A stretch of DNA of 64,000 nt from an uncultured Spirochaetota bacterium (GTDB taxonomy: Bacteria; Spirochaetota; Spirochaetia; SZUA-6; Fen-1364), in NCBI GenBank assembly GCA_963820435.1, contig CAWGAC010000022.1, forward strand, positions 44,050 through 108,049. The letters run 5' to 3'. Below, piece by piece: positions 9,180 through 18,799 of the stretch. A program made the position numbers and the translations under genes. Within the stretch, counting starts at the first letter, position 1. Every line of letters begins with the position of its first letter. The notes below the pieces were generated by a model that ran no database searches, was not told the DNA's origin, and saw only the letters and a list, made by a program, of their open reading frames with translations.

Positions 9180-10912
9180 CTAGATCCAGACGCTGAACAG
9201 GGAGCCCTTGCCCGCGCAGGAGCGCACGTCAATGGTCCCTCCGTGGCTCTCGACGATTCTGTGCGCAATGGAAAGTCCGAGGCCGGTGCCCGAATCACGA
9301 GTGGTGAAGAACGGGTTGAAGATGCTGCGGCGGATTTCCTCGTCCATGCCTTCGCCCCAGTCCTCCACCTCGATGCAGAGCTTTCCCCCCGCCATGCGGG
9401 AACGTATTTCCACCGGCTTCCCGCGGTGGATGCCTGGAGCGCGTTGAGCACCAGGTTCGACAGTGCCTGGGTCATCAGGTTCCTGTCCATGGGGTATTCC
9501 GCGGGCTCGTCCGCAATGTCGGTGCGCACGTCGATCCCGGGGTAGTGCTCCAAGGGCAGGCTTTCCAGGACGAAGTCCACCACGCTTCGGACCGTGCACG
9601 GCGTGCGGTTGACCTTCCTCGGCCGCGCAAAATCGAGGAAATTGGAAACAACCAGGTTCAGCGCATCGGTCTCATCCACGATCAACCGCGTCAATTTGTG
9701 GTACTTTTCCGCGTTGTTTCTCACCGTGAAGTCGTCCCGCAGCATCTCGGAGGAGACTTTCATCACCACGAGGGGGTTGCGTATCTGGTGCGCCACCCCT
9801 GCCGCCATTTCTCCGAGCGCGGCAAGCTTGGTGGAAAGCGCCAGCTTCTGCGAAAGCTCCGAGAGCTCGGTCTCACGGATGAGGAGCTTCCGACACATGT
9901 CGTCGAACGCCAGGGCAAGCTGGCCGAACTCGTCCTGCCACCCCAGCTTGAACGGAGGGTTGAAGTCTCCGCGGGAGATGTGAGTGATTCCCTGGAGGAT
10001 GGTCTGGAACCTGCGCAGGAATGTGCGCTGATAGAAGGCGATCCCGGACACGAGGGCCAGGCTCAGTATGAGAAAGGTCGCGAGCAGAGATATGAGATTG
10101 TACCGATTGATCTGCCGGGTGGATTCGGTCGTGTCCATCATGCAGTAGACGGTTGCGCCCGACAGACCGAGGCCCCCGAGGTCCAGGGCGCTCACGATGT
10201 ACTGCGCGGCCTTCACGATACTGCCTCTCTCCCGCGCGTTGCGGGCGTATGCATCGATGACCTGCCCAATCTGCTTTTCCGGCAGGGTCTCGTCGTGGAC
10301 TGAAATGGTGCCGAACTGGAGCGCCACGCGCGCGTTGATTATCTTCTCGATTCTTCTGACGAAATCCTGGTCCACCCTGAGGCCGAGTGAAAGGACCCCG
10401 ATGATCCTTTCCGCCCTCCGTATCGGTGAGAGGATGTAGAGGCTCGTCCCCAGCCGGCCTTGTGAGACAAAAAGCGCGTTGCCCCCGTTGATGGCCCCGG
10501 CAAGCTGCCTGCGGAACAACGCATCCGTCGTGGGAAGCTGCCCGGTTGCCGCGAAGAGGGAAGCGGGGGGCAGGTAGACGGTGAGGGACTGGATGCCGAG
10601 GGATTCCTTGAAAATGTCGAGCTCCCGGGCGAGCAGATTCTTCAGCTTGAAGTCCGTGTAGTCGACGGTCTTCTGCTGACCGGCAATCAGGTCACCCTTG
10701 ACGCGCAAGTCGGCGAAGGTCTCCCCCAGGTATCCTTCGACGCTCAGGATCGTGTCGGACATCTGCGACTTCAACGAGTCGAGGTTGGTGCGTGAAATGA
10801 TCGTCGTGAGGATGGTGAGGGTCACGAAGGACTGGCTGAGGACCAGCACGATGAAGAAAAGCGCCATCTTGCCGGACAGCTTGAGGCCGCCCTTGCGGAA
10901 GAAATAACTCAT
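9180..10912 (-). pseudogene. Sensor histidine kinase (2 TM + ~270-aa periplasmic domain, HAMP, HisKA, HATPase_c), one frame break
   Basis: ATG 10912 (MSYFFRKGG..). H-box AAGVAHQIRNPL. HATPase part (..IHRGKPVEIRSRMAGGKLCIEVEDWGEGM..TRDSGTGLGLSIAHRIVESHGG) is in the frame of ORF 9180..9599. Junction at about 9430-9434. Confidence 0.8.
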
Positions 10913-12153
10913 TGACCCGTCCCTGTGAGCGCGTCGATGCCCTTCTGCGCCTCCCGCAGCGCCTGTTCCGGGGAAACGGCGCCTTGCAGCGCCTTGAAGA
11001 TCCACCGCTGCAGAACGGCGCTTATCTCTCCGTAGAGGGGATGCACGGGACGATACTGGAGCCCCTCAATCTGGAGCTGCTTGATGGGCAGGTAGGGGTC
11101 GTCCCTCAGCGTGGACGGCCTGCTCCACACCTCCTTCCACACCGGCATGAACTCCAGATGCCGGCCCTGGAACTCGGGGGAGTCCAGGTAGAGCGCGAAC
11201 CGCCATGCGCTCTCCTTGTGCCGGGACCGGGTCGTGACGGCCAGGCCTTCGAATCCGCATACGCTCGAAGTGGTCGTCCCGGTCCTTGCCGTTGATTCGG
11301 ATACCGGAATGGGGCTCAGGGCCCAGCGCAGAGGGGCCTGTTTCTGGTTTGCTCCGAGGAGCCTGATCAGGAACGACCAGTTGGTCGTGAAAAGGCAGTC
11401 CCCGGACTGGAAGACTTCCGAGGTGAAGTTCTCTTCCGATTGCAGTGAATAGGGGTTCATCAGCCCCTCGGTGAGCAGGCGTTTCATGAAGGTGAGGGCG
11501 GCCAGGCAGGGAGAGCGGGTGAGGTCGATCCGGCCGTCCGGGTCCGCGAGCGATCCTCCGAACGCGCCGACAAGCCAGGTGAACTCACAGACAAGCACTT
11601 CCTCCTCGTTCCACGAATCGAACAGAGGGTACTCGATGATCCCCCTTTTCTTGACCTCCCGCGCCGTGCGCACCATCTCTTCCAGGGTCCGGGGCGGGGA
11701 AGTGAAGCCGGCTTTGGAAAGCAGGTCGAGATTGGTGTACAAGAGCTGGAAATCAACGTGGAAGGGCAGCCCCCACAACTGGTCATGGTAGGCAAAGGCC
11801 TCGTAGATCTTGGGGACAATACCCGCCCTGACCTTCTGGACCAGCGGCGCGGGGAGGGGATCGACGATCCCGTGCTCGGCGAAGTCCGCCGTCCAGATAA
11901 GGTCAAGAAGGATGAGATCGTAGTCCGGAACAGCCTTGCGCGCGGACTCCTCGATCAGAGAATAGCGGTCCTTGTACTCCACAAACACGGGATTGACCCG
12001 TATGCCTGTCTGCTTCTGGAAGGACTGCGCCCGTTCGACAATGTCCGGCAGGTCGTACCCGGATTGCTTCATGTAGAGGAACGTGATCCCCTCCGCGCGC
12101 GCGGGAATCGAGACTGAGAAAACAACGAGGAGGAAACAAAGGGCTCGTTTCAC
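10909..12153 (-). CDS. Periplasmic solute-binding-protein-like component, translationally coupled to the kinase
   Basis: Intact 414-aa ORF with signal peptide MKRALCFLLVVFSVSIPARA. Family-1 SBP-like sequence (..LILLDLIWTADFAE..QLWGLPFHVDFQLLYTN..). The stop TGA overlaps the kinase ATG (ATGA at 10909-10912). Confidence 0.7.
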   Translation of the reverse strand: MKRALCFLLVVFSVSIPARAEGITFLYMKQSGYDLPDIVERAQSFQKQTGIRVNPVFVEYKDRYSLIEESARKAVPDYDLILLDLIWTADFAEHGIVDPLPAPLVQKVRAGIVPKIYEAFAYHDQLWGLPFHVDFQLLYTNLDLLSKAGFTSPPRTLEEMVRTAREVKKRGIIEYPLFDSWNEEEVLVCEFTWLVGAFGGSLADPDGRIDLTRSPCLAALTFMKRLLTEGLMNPYSLQSEENFTSEVFQSGDCLFTTNWSFLIRLLGANQKQAPLRWALSPIPVSESTARTGTTTSSVCGFEGLAVTTRSRHKESAWRFALYLDSPEFQGRHLEFMPVWKEVWSRPSTLRDDPYLPIKQLQIEGLQYRPVHPLYGEISAVLQRWIFKALQGAVSPEQALREAQKGIDALTGTGQ

Positions 12154-12161
12154 CGGGAAGC

Positions 12162-12190
12162 ATTCTAAGAGCCCTCCGGCGAGGTGTCAA
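12162..12190 (-). promoter_or_regulatory. sigma70-like promoter TTGACA-17-TAGAAT for the SBP-kinase-regulator operon
   Basis: On the minus strand, TTGACA is at 12190-12185, followed by a 17-nt spacer and TAGAAT at 12167-12162. The -10 ends 8 nt before the GTG start at 12153, which implies a leaderless or near-leaderless mRNA. Confidence 0.4.
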
Positions 12191-12255
12191 TGAGAATCCC
12201 CTGCCCTTGTCTCCTCGTATCTCTCTCAGTGCCGTGTTCGGCGCACCCTGAAGTC

Positions 12256-13398
12256 TCACTCCAGCCTCTTTCTGAACCGAAGGACGCTCGCCGCAATGAC
12301 AACCACGCCGATAACCGCAAGCGCCGCGGTCTCCCGCCACAGCTCGGGCAGGCTCACACCCTTGAGGAACAGGCCGCGGATGATCACGAAGTAGTAGCGC
12401 AGGGGGAAGATGTACGTTACTGCCTGAATGACCGGCGGCATGCTCTCGATGGGAAAGACGAACCCGGAGAGAGTCAGCATAGGCATCATGACGAAGAACA
12501 TCGAGATCGTCGTGGCCTGCTGCTGGGATTTCGCGACGGTCGAGACGAACAGTCCCATGCCCAGCGAGCTGAGCATGAAAAGGAGCGACAGGGCGTAGAG
12601 CACGAACAGGCTCCCCCGGACGGCAAGCCCGAACAGCAGGAGGCTTGCAACAAGAACAATTGTTATGATGACAAGGCTGATGAGCGCAAAGGGGGCCAGC
12701 TTCCCGATGATGAGCTGCCCTGGGGTGATGGGCGTCACGATGAGCTGCTCCAGGGTGCCCACCTCCTTTTCCTTCACGATGGCCTGGGAGGTGAGGACCG
12801 TCGTGATGACCATGAGGATCAAGGCAAGAACGGCTGGGACCATGAAGTTCCTGCTTGCCAGGGTGGGGTTGTAGAGAATCCGGACCGCCGGCTCCACCTG
12901 CACGGCCAGGATCCGTCGCTGAACGCCGGGGTCCAGGGAAGAGAGCTTGGCTTCGGAACGCGCCACCTGCGCTCGCGAGACAATGAGGGTGGCGTACGTC
13001 AGCCCTATGGCCGCGGACTGTGAGTCGGAGCCGTCGGCCAGGAGCTGGAGAGGGGCGGTCTTTTCTCCCGTGAGCGACTTGCCATAGCCCGGCGGTATGA
13101 TCAGAGCCAGGGAGGATTTTCCTTCCTCGATGTCTTTCTCCGCGCTCGCTGCGTCCGGAAGGTATGCGCGTGCCACGTAGCTGCCCGATTCGAGGAAGCT
13201 GGAGACGAGCTGCCGGCTTTCCACGCTCTTGTCCTGGTCGCAGACGGCCAGGGGGATGTCCTTCACGTCCATGTTTGACGCATACCCGAGGAGCGCGATC
13301 TGCAGGACCGGGGAGAGAAAAATCATTGGAAGGAGGCGCCTGTCCCGGCGCAGCTGCTGGAACTCCTTGCGGATGATGAAGCGGATTGTCCTTATCAT
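12256..13398 (-). CDS. ABC-2 type transporter permease
   Basis: Intact 380-aa ORF. N-terminal TM, large extracytoplasmic loop, then 5 C-terminal TMs, as is typical of YbhS/YbhR-type permeases. Confidence 0.8.
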   Translation of the reverse strand: MIRTIRFIIRKEFQQLRRDRRLLPMIFLSPVLQIALLGYASNMDVKDIPLAVCDQDKSVESRQLVSSFLESGSYVARAYLPDAASAEKDIEEGKSSLALIIPPGYGKSLTGEKTAPLQLLADGSDSQSAAIGLTYATLIVSRAQVARSEAKLSSLDPGVQRRILAVQVEPAVRILYNPTLASRNFMVPAVLALILMVITTVLTSQAIVKEKEVGTLEQLIVTPITPGQLIIGKLAPFALISLVIITIVLVASLLLFGLAVRGSLFVLYALSLLFMLSSLGMGLFVSTVAKSQQQATTISMFFVMMPMLTLSGFVFPIESMPPVIQAVTYIFPLRYYFVIIRGLFLKGVSLPELWRETAALAVIGVVVIAASVLRFRKRLE

Positions 13399-14528
13399 CG
13401 TAACTGCCTCCTCAGGCGAAGCACGCTGAGAGCCGATGTTGCCAGGGCGAAGATGATGAGCGCCAGGACCTGGTCCTTGAACGCCCAGAACCCTACGCCC
13501 TTCAGCATGATTGCCCGCAGCGCCGCCAGGTAGTAGCGCCCCGGCAGGAGGTAGCTCACCCCCTGGATGATCCAGGGCATGTTGCGGAAGGGAAACACGA
13601 ACCCCGAGAGGACGAACACGGGAAGGAGCGTGAGCAGGGAAGAAAGGAGGAAGGCCACCTGCTGGCTGTCGGAGAGCGTGGAGAGCATGACCCCGAACCC
13701 GAGGCAGCCGAAGAGAAAGATCAGCGTCACCACCCCCAGGTCGAGCCAGCTTCCCTTCACCGTCACGCCAAAGAGAAGACGGCTGGTGGCAAGGATGGTG
13801 GCTGCGGCGACCAGCCCGATGAGGAGGTAGGGCACCGTCTTTCCGACGATCAGCTCCAGGGGGTGCACAGGCGAGACACTGATCTGTTCCATGGTCCCTC
13901 TCTCCTTCTCCCGCACAATGGAGAGGGCCGTGGAGATCACTGACGACATCATGAGGATGAGCACGATGAGGCCGGGCACGAGGAAATTGGCGCTGCGCAG
14001 CTCAGGGTTGAAGAGGACGCGGGGCCGGAAGTCGATCGTGGTCTTCATTCCCGTCACGCCTGCACGCTCCAGGGAGCGCACGAACGCCCGCTGGGAATAG
14101 TCCGCGGCAACCGCCTGGACGTAGCCGATGGCGGTTGCGGCGGTGTTCGCGTTGGAACCGTCGGCGATGGCCTGCACCTCGACCCGTCTGCCCTTCACGA
14201 CATCCCGGCCGAAGTCCGCGGGAATCACAAGGGCCACCAGGACATTTCCCTCGTCCAGGAGGCCGTCGATCTGTGACTCCCGGTCGAGGGAGAGCTTCAG
14301 GTCGAAATACTCGGAGTGCAGGAAGGATTGGATGAAGCCCCTGCTCGTTTCAGTCTTGTCGTGGTCCAGGACCGCAAGGGGGATGTGTTTTATGTCCAGG
14401 CTGATCGCGAAGCCGAACAAGAGGAGCAGGAACAGCGGCACGACGAGGAGCATCCCGAGCGTGGCAGGGTCGCGGGAAATCTGGCGCATCTCCTTGACCA
14501 TGATGGTTGCTATGCGCATCCCGCTCAT
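13395..14528 (-). CDS. ABC-2 type transporter permease (paralog)
   Basis: Start set at ATG 14528 (MSGMRIATIMVKEMRQISRDP), overlapping the upstream stop (ATGA). The 164-aa R/G/P-rich extension in the ORF track overlaps the ATPase gene and is discarded. Confidence 0.8.
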   Translation of the reverse strand: MSGMRIATIMVKEMRQISRDPATLGMLLVVPLFLLLLFGFAISLDIKHIPLAVLDHDKTETSRGFIQSFLHSEYFDLKLSLDRESQIDGLLDEGNVLVALVIPADFGRDVVKGRRVEVQAIADGSNANTAATAIGYVQAVAADYSQRAFVRSLERAGVTGMKTTIDFRPRVLFNPELRSANFLVPGLIVLILMMSSVISTALSIVREKERGTMEQISVSPVHPLELIVGKTVPYLLIGLVAAATILATSRLLFGVTVKGSWLDLGVVTLIFLFGCLGFGVMLSTLSDSQQVAFLLSSLLTLLPVFVLSGFVFPFRNMPWIIQGVSYLLPGRYYLAALRAIMLKGVGFWAFKDQVLALIIFALATSALSVLRLRRQLR

Positions 14529-15464
14529 TTCCGCGCCTCCTCGTTCGTATCGATCAGCCGGATGAAAACGTCTTCCAGGGAGGGCACGATCCGGGCGTGG
14601 CCGCTCACAGGCAGCCCTGCATCTTCGAGGGCCGCGATCGCGATCCCGATCTCCTCGTCCTGATCGAGGCTCACGTGCAGGCGGGTGGCAAAGATTGCGG
14701 TTTCCCTCACAACGGGCACGCCGCGCAGCGCTTCCAGGGCGGCCACCGGGTCGGGGCATTCCACCTCGAAGACAGCGCCGGTGATCACCTCGCGCTTGAG
14801 GGCGCCCGGGCTCCCCTGGGCCACGATCCGGCCCGCGTGCATGAGGACAAGCTCGTTGCAGTACTCGGCCTCGTCCAGGTAGTGCGTGGTGACGAGCACA
14901 GTGGTCCCTGCCTGCGCCAGCCCGTTGATGATGTCCCAGAAAAGCCGGCGAGATATGGGGTCGGTGCCACTGGTAGGCTCGTCCAGGAAGACGATGCCGG
15001 GCCGATGCAGCATGGCGCATCCGAGGGCCAGGCGCTGCTTCCAGCCGCCGGAAAGCTCCCGGGTGAGATCCTTCTCCCGTCCCTCGAGCCCGGCCAGTTT
15101 GACCGTCTCCCTCTTCCGCTCGGCGAGCTCACGGTTGGACAGCCCGTACACCCCGCCGAAGAACGTGATGTTCTCATCCACGGTCAGGTCGTCGTAGAGG
15201 GAGAAGCGCTGCGACATGTAGCCGATGCGCCGCTTCACCGCCTTCGGGGTTGCGGTTGATGTCGATGCCTCCCACCTCCGCCGTGCCCGAGCTGGAGGCA
15301 AGAAGCCCGCAGAGCATGCGGATGGTGGTCGACTTGCCTGCGCCGTTTGCCCCCAGGAGACCGAAGATGCTTCCTGCCGGGACCTCGAAAGACACGGAGT
15401 CCACTGCAACGAAAGAGCCAAAGCGCTTGGAAAGCTGCATGGTCCGTATCGCCGGCGCGCTCAT
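14525..15464 (-). pseudogene. ABC transporter ATP-binding protein, one frame break
   Basis: Walker [10 protein letters not shown] is in ORF 15174..15464. The remainder ([36 protein letters not shown]) is in ORF 14525..15421. The lesion looks like one extra G in gaaGGcgg at about 15238-15242. Confidence 0.8.
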
Positions 15465-16807
15465 TCTCCCACCGCCCTCTCCAGCGCCGCCTTTGCGACC
15501 AGGCAGTCGAACAGCGCGCCGTCTTCCCGCAGGCGGGCGTTGACTACGAGTGTCTGCGCGTCCAGGCTCTCAGAGGACAGGGCGATGCCCTGGCGGTAGC
15601 GCTCCTGCGTGACCCTGTCGTTCTCCTCAGCCTGCGCGGTTTCCTGGTGCAGGGAAGCCAGCCGCCCCGCGGCCTCGCGGAGAGTCAGGTACGCGCGGAT
15701 GACATCAGTCGTCACCGCATCCGCAAGCTGCCGCGAGCTTTCCTGGGCCTGGGTGAGCTTGCTCTGCGCCTGCTCCTCCTGCGCCAGGACTTGCGGATAG
15801 CGTCCCACGTCGATGGAGGCAAGGATCCCGATGGACCAGGTCCCGATGAACTGGTCCGCCTGGGGAAACACCCGCAGGTTGGGGTTCGCCAGCGTGTAGT
15901 CGCCCGTGATGAATACGTTGGGAAAAAGCCCCGCGCGGGCGACATCCAGCGCCGCCTCCTGCGCGCTCACCTGTGAGCGGGCGCTCTGAATTTCCGGTCG
16001 TTTTGCCAGGGCGCGGGCCACCAGGTCCGCCACGCTTTCCCGTGCGGGCTCGACGCTTTGGGAGGGAGTATCGGGGACGTCGAGGGCGGCGTCCCAGGGC
16101 ATCCCGATGAGAAGGGCCAAGCGGACGCGCGCAATATCGCGCACACTCTCCGTGCTGGCCAGTTCGATCTTTGCATCCTCCAACCTCATCTGCGCCTGCA
16201 GCACGTCATTATGCGTCGCCGCCCCCTGGTCCAGCAGCCTGCCGGCATCGGCGAGGTGCGACTCGGCCTGGGCCACGCTCTGGTCGATGGCCTCCCGCTG
16301 CGTCTTTGCGCGGACGAGGCCCCAGTAAGCCTCCGTGATGGAATAGCGGAGATCCAGCCGGCTCCTGCTGAGATCTCCGCGGCGGGAGTCCCTCAGTGCC
16401 TCTGCCTGCCGGATGGAGCCCGCGATGCGCTTTCCCGTGAAAAGCGGCTGCTGGAGGGCAATCCGGACGCTGGTGCTGTTGTCCAGTGACGGCGGGAAAG
16501 TGATTGTTGCCGGCATCGGGGGGCCGCCCAGGGAGACGTCGGTAGTAATGCTGCTCGCCGCGACATCCGACAGCCGCGAATACCCTCCCTGCAGAGACAG
16601 CGACGGCAGATACTGGCCTTTCATCTCGCGCAGCCGGGCATCCGCTATGTGTGTTTCCAGCTCGTCCACCCGCAGTCCGGCGTCATGCGCAAATCCCAGG
16701 CGGATGCATTCCTCCAGGTCCACCACGCGCGCGCCGTCTGCATCCGCGCTGAGGGCGGGGCCGGCGCACAGGGCAAGCGCCAGGAAGACGAAGATGCTAG
16801 CTCTCAT
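15461..16807 (-). CDS. TolC-family outer-membrane efflux protein
   Basis: Intact 448-aa ORF with a signal peptide and two tandem OEP-like repeats. The stop overlaps the next ATG (ATGA). Confidence 0.8.
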   Translation of the reverse strand: MRASIFVFLALALCAGPALSADADGARVVDLEECIRLGFAHDAGLRVDELETHIADARLREMKGQYLPSLSLQGGYSRLSDVAASSITTDVSLGGPPMPATITFPPSLDNSTSVRIALQQPLFTGKRIAGSIRQAEALRDSRRGDLSRSRLDLRYSITEAYWGLVRAKTQREAIDQSVAQAESHLADAGRLLDQGAATHNDVLQAQMRLEDAKIELASTESVRDIARVRLALLIGMPWDAALDVPDTPSQSVEPARESVADLVARALAKRPEIQSARSQVSAQEAALDVARAGLFPNVFITGDYTLANPNLRVFPQADQFIGTWSIGILASIDVGRYPQVLAQEEQAQSKLTQAQESSRQLADAVTTDVIRAYLTLREAAGRLASLHQETAQAEENDRVTQERYRQGIALSSESLDAQTLVVNARLREDGALFDCLVAKAALERAVGE

Positions 16808-17831
16808 GAGGCTCCTCGCTTTTGCTTCTGATAAGGGAAATGAACGCGTTCTCGAGACTGGACGGGATGACTCTCAGGGAGACGATTTCGATGCCCGCCT
16901 CGGCGAGCGCCCCGCGCGCGGCCTGTTCGCCTGCCTGCGCGTCCGGGGCCACCGCGTTCAGCCGGTCGCCGAAGAGCTGGACTTCGCTGAGCCGGCTCGT
17001 CTGTCGCAGCACGGCGCTTGCGCGCCTGATGTCCGCGCAGACGATTTCCAGCACCGCCCCCCTCATTTCCGCCTTGATGCGCGCCGGGCGCTCGGCGGCC
17101 ATGAGCCGGCCCGCGTTCATGAGCCCGACCCGGCTGGCCCTCTCCGCCTCGTCCAGGTAAGGGGTGGACATCACGATGGTGATGCCCTCGCGCAGGAGTT
17201 GGGAGAGGATGATCCAGAACTCGCGGCGGGAAACCGGATCCACGCCCGTGGTGGGCTCATCCAGGAAGATGATTCGGGGCCGGTGGACGAGGGTGCAGGC
17301 CAGGGCAAGCTTTTTCTTCATGCCTCCTGACAGCTGTTCGGCGATCCTCCCGCGGAAGGCGAGGAGCCGAGTAAAGGAGAGGAGCTCTTCCCGGCGATCC
17401 TGGAACACTCGAACTCCGTGGATCCTGGCGAAGAACTCGATGTTCTCGTCCACCGTGAGATCCCCGTAGAGGGTAAAGCGCTGGGAGAGGTAGCCGATCT
17501 GCTCCTTGACCCAGGGAAGGTTCTTCGCGAGGTCGCGTCCGAAGATCCTTACCTCACCGGTCCGGGGTTTCAGGAGCCCGCACAGGAGGCGGATGGTCGT
17601 CGTCTTTCCCGCCCCGTCGGGGCCGACGAGGGCGAACATCTCGTTCGCCTCGATGCGCAAGTCCATGCCCCTGACCGACTGGACTTTGCCATAGCTGTGG
17701 AACAGGCCGGAAATCTCGATGGCAGGGACAGGCGGGCTTCCGCCATCCAACTCCGCGGCATACCGCGGAGGGGCTCGCCCGCCCTCGGCGTCCCTGCCCA
17801 GGGGCGCGCTCCCCGCTGTTCCACCGTTCAC
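16797..17831 (-). CDS. ABC transporter ATP-binding protein
   Basis: Intact. Walker A GPDGAGKTT, signature LSGGMKKKL, Walker B FLDEPTTG. The GTG start overlaps the HlyD stop (GTGA). Confidence 0.8.
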   Translation of the reverse strand: MNGGTAGSAPLGRDAEGGRAPPRYAAELDGGSPPVPAIEISGLFHSYGKVQSVRGMDLRIEANEMFALVGPDGAGKTTTIRLLCGLLKPRTGEVRIFGRDLAKNLPWVKEQIGYLSQRFTLYGDLTVDENIEFFARIHGVRVFQDRREELLSFTRLLAFRGRIAEQLSGGMKKKLALACTLVHRPRIIFLDEPTTGVDPVSRREFWIILSQLLREGITIVMSTPYLDEAERASRVGLMNAGRLMAAERPARIKAEMRGAVLEIVCADIRRASAVLRQTSRLSEVQLFGDRLNAVAPDAQAGEQAARGALAEAGIEIVSLRVIPSSLENAFISLIRSKSEEPHES

Positions 17832-18799
17832 GACTTCTTTCCTCCGATGCGGTCCAACGCCGCATCCGCCGGGATTCCCGGCTTGAAAACTCCGTCGGGA
17901 TTGGGGATCTCGACTTTCACGGCATACACGAGCTTCACGCGTTCGTCCTTTGTCTGGATGTCGCGCGGGGTGAACTCCGCAACAGGTGAGATATAGGTGA
18001 CCGCGCCTGTGTAGGCGGCACCAGGACTGGAGTCGATGGAGATCCGCGCCTTCTGCCCGAGTCGAATATTCCCCAGCTCTGTCTCGGGCACGTAGATGGT
18101 CAGCTTCACCGTGTCCAGATCCGTGATCACAAACAGCCCGGATCCCGGCGCGGCAAGCTCTCCCTCTTCCACCAGCTTCTCCGTGACTATCCCGTCAGTG
18201 GGAGCGCGCACCGTGCAGTCGCGGATGGTTTTTTCCAGCAGCCGCACGGAGTACACCTCCTGGTCACGCCGGGCCAGGGCAGCCTTCACCTCTTCGGGCC
18301 GTGCAAAGTTCTGCAGCTTTTTCAGCCCCTGCGCGGCGGCGTTGGCCTGCGCTTTGGCCGTTATGGAGCGGGTTTCCGCGTCATCGCGCTGCTTCTTCGT
18401 TGCGGCGGCCGCCGTGAAAAGGCTCTCCATGCGCTGGAAGTCCTCCTGGGCATTGCTCAGGTTCTCGTTGGCCTCGTTGAGTGCTTCCCTGGCCTGGGCG
18501 AGATCCTCTCCCCGGGCGCCGTTGGTCAGCAGATCGAGCTGCGCCTGGGCAAGATCCACGCCGCTTTTCTCCTGGCCCAGCTGGATGTCAAGATTGGCAT
18601 GGTCGATGACGGCGAGGATGTCTCCCTGTTTCACGCGCGAGCCCTCGTCAGCATCGAGGTGGAGAATCTCTCCCGATGACTTGGAGGAGACCTGCACGCT
18701 CGTCGCCTCGATGGTTCCCGAAGCCTCGATGGCATTGGTTGCTTTGGCGCATCCTGCCAGCGCGACACACGCGCATGCGGCGATCAGGAGCTGTTTCAT
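17828..18799 (-). CDS. HlyD-family periplasmic adaptor (membrane fusion protein)
   Basis: Intact 323 aa. Lipoprotein-like signal (..ALAGC), coiled-coil middle and beta-barrel C-terminus. Confidence 0.8.
   Translation of the reverse strand: MKQLLIAACACVALAGCAKATNAIEASGTIEATSVQVSSKSSGEILHLDADEGSRVKQGDILAVIDHANLDIQLGQEKSGVDLAQAQLDLLTNGARGEDLAQAREALNEANENLSNAQEDFQRMESLFTAAAATKKQRDDAETRSITAKAQANAAAQGLKKLQNFARPEEVKAALARRDQEVYSVRLLEKTIRDCTVRAPTDGIVTEKLVEEGELAAPGSGLFVITDLDTVKLTIYVPETELGNIRLGQKARISIDSSPGAAYTGAVTYISPVAEFTPRDIQTKDERVKLVYAVKVEIPNPDGVFKPGIPADAALDRIGGKKS

Noticed and set aside
4586-9434. Programmed ribosomal frameshifting or recoding as an explanation for the frame breaks
   Set aside because: There are too many breaks per gene (up to about 7). 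They go in both directions, at non-conserved positions, with no shared slippery heptamer or downstream structure. Several sit in simple mononucleotide runs.
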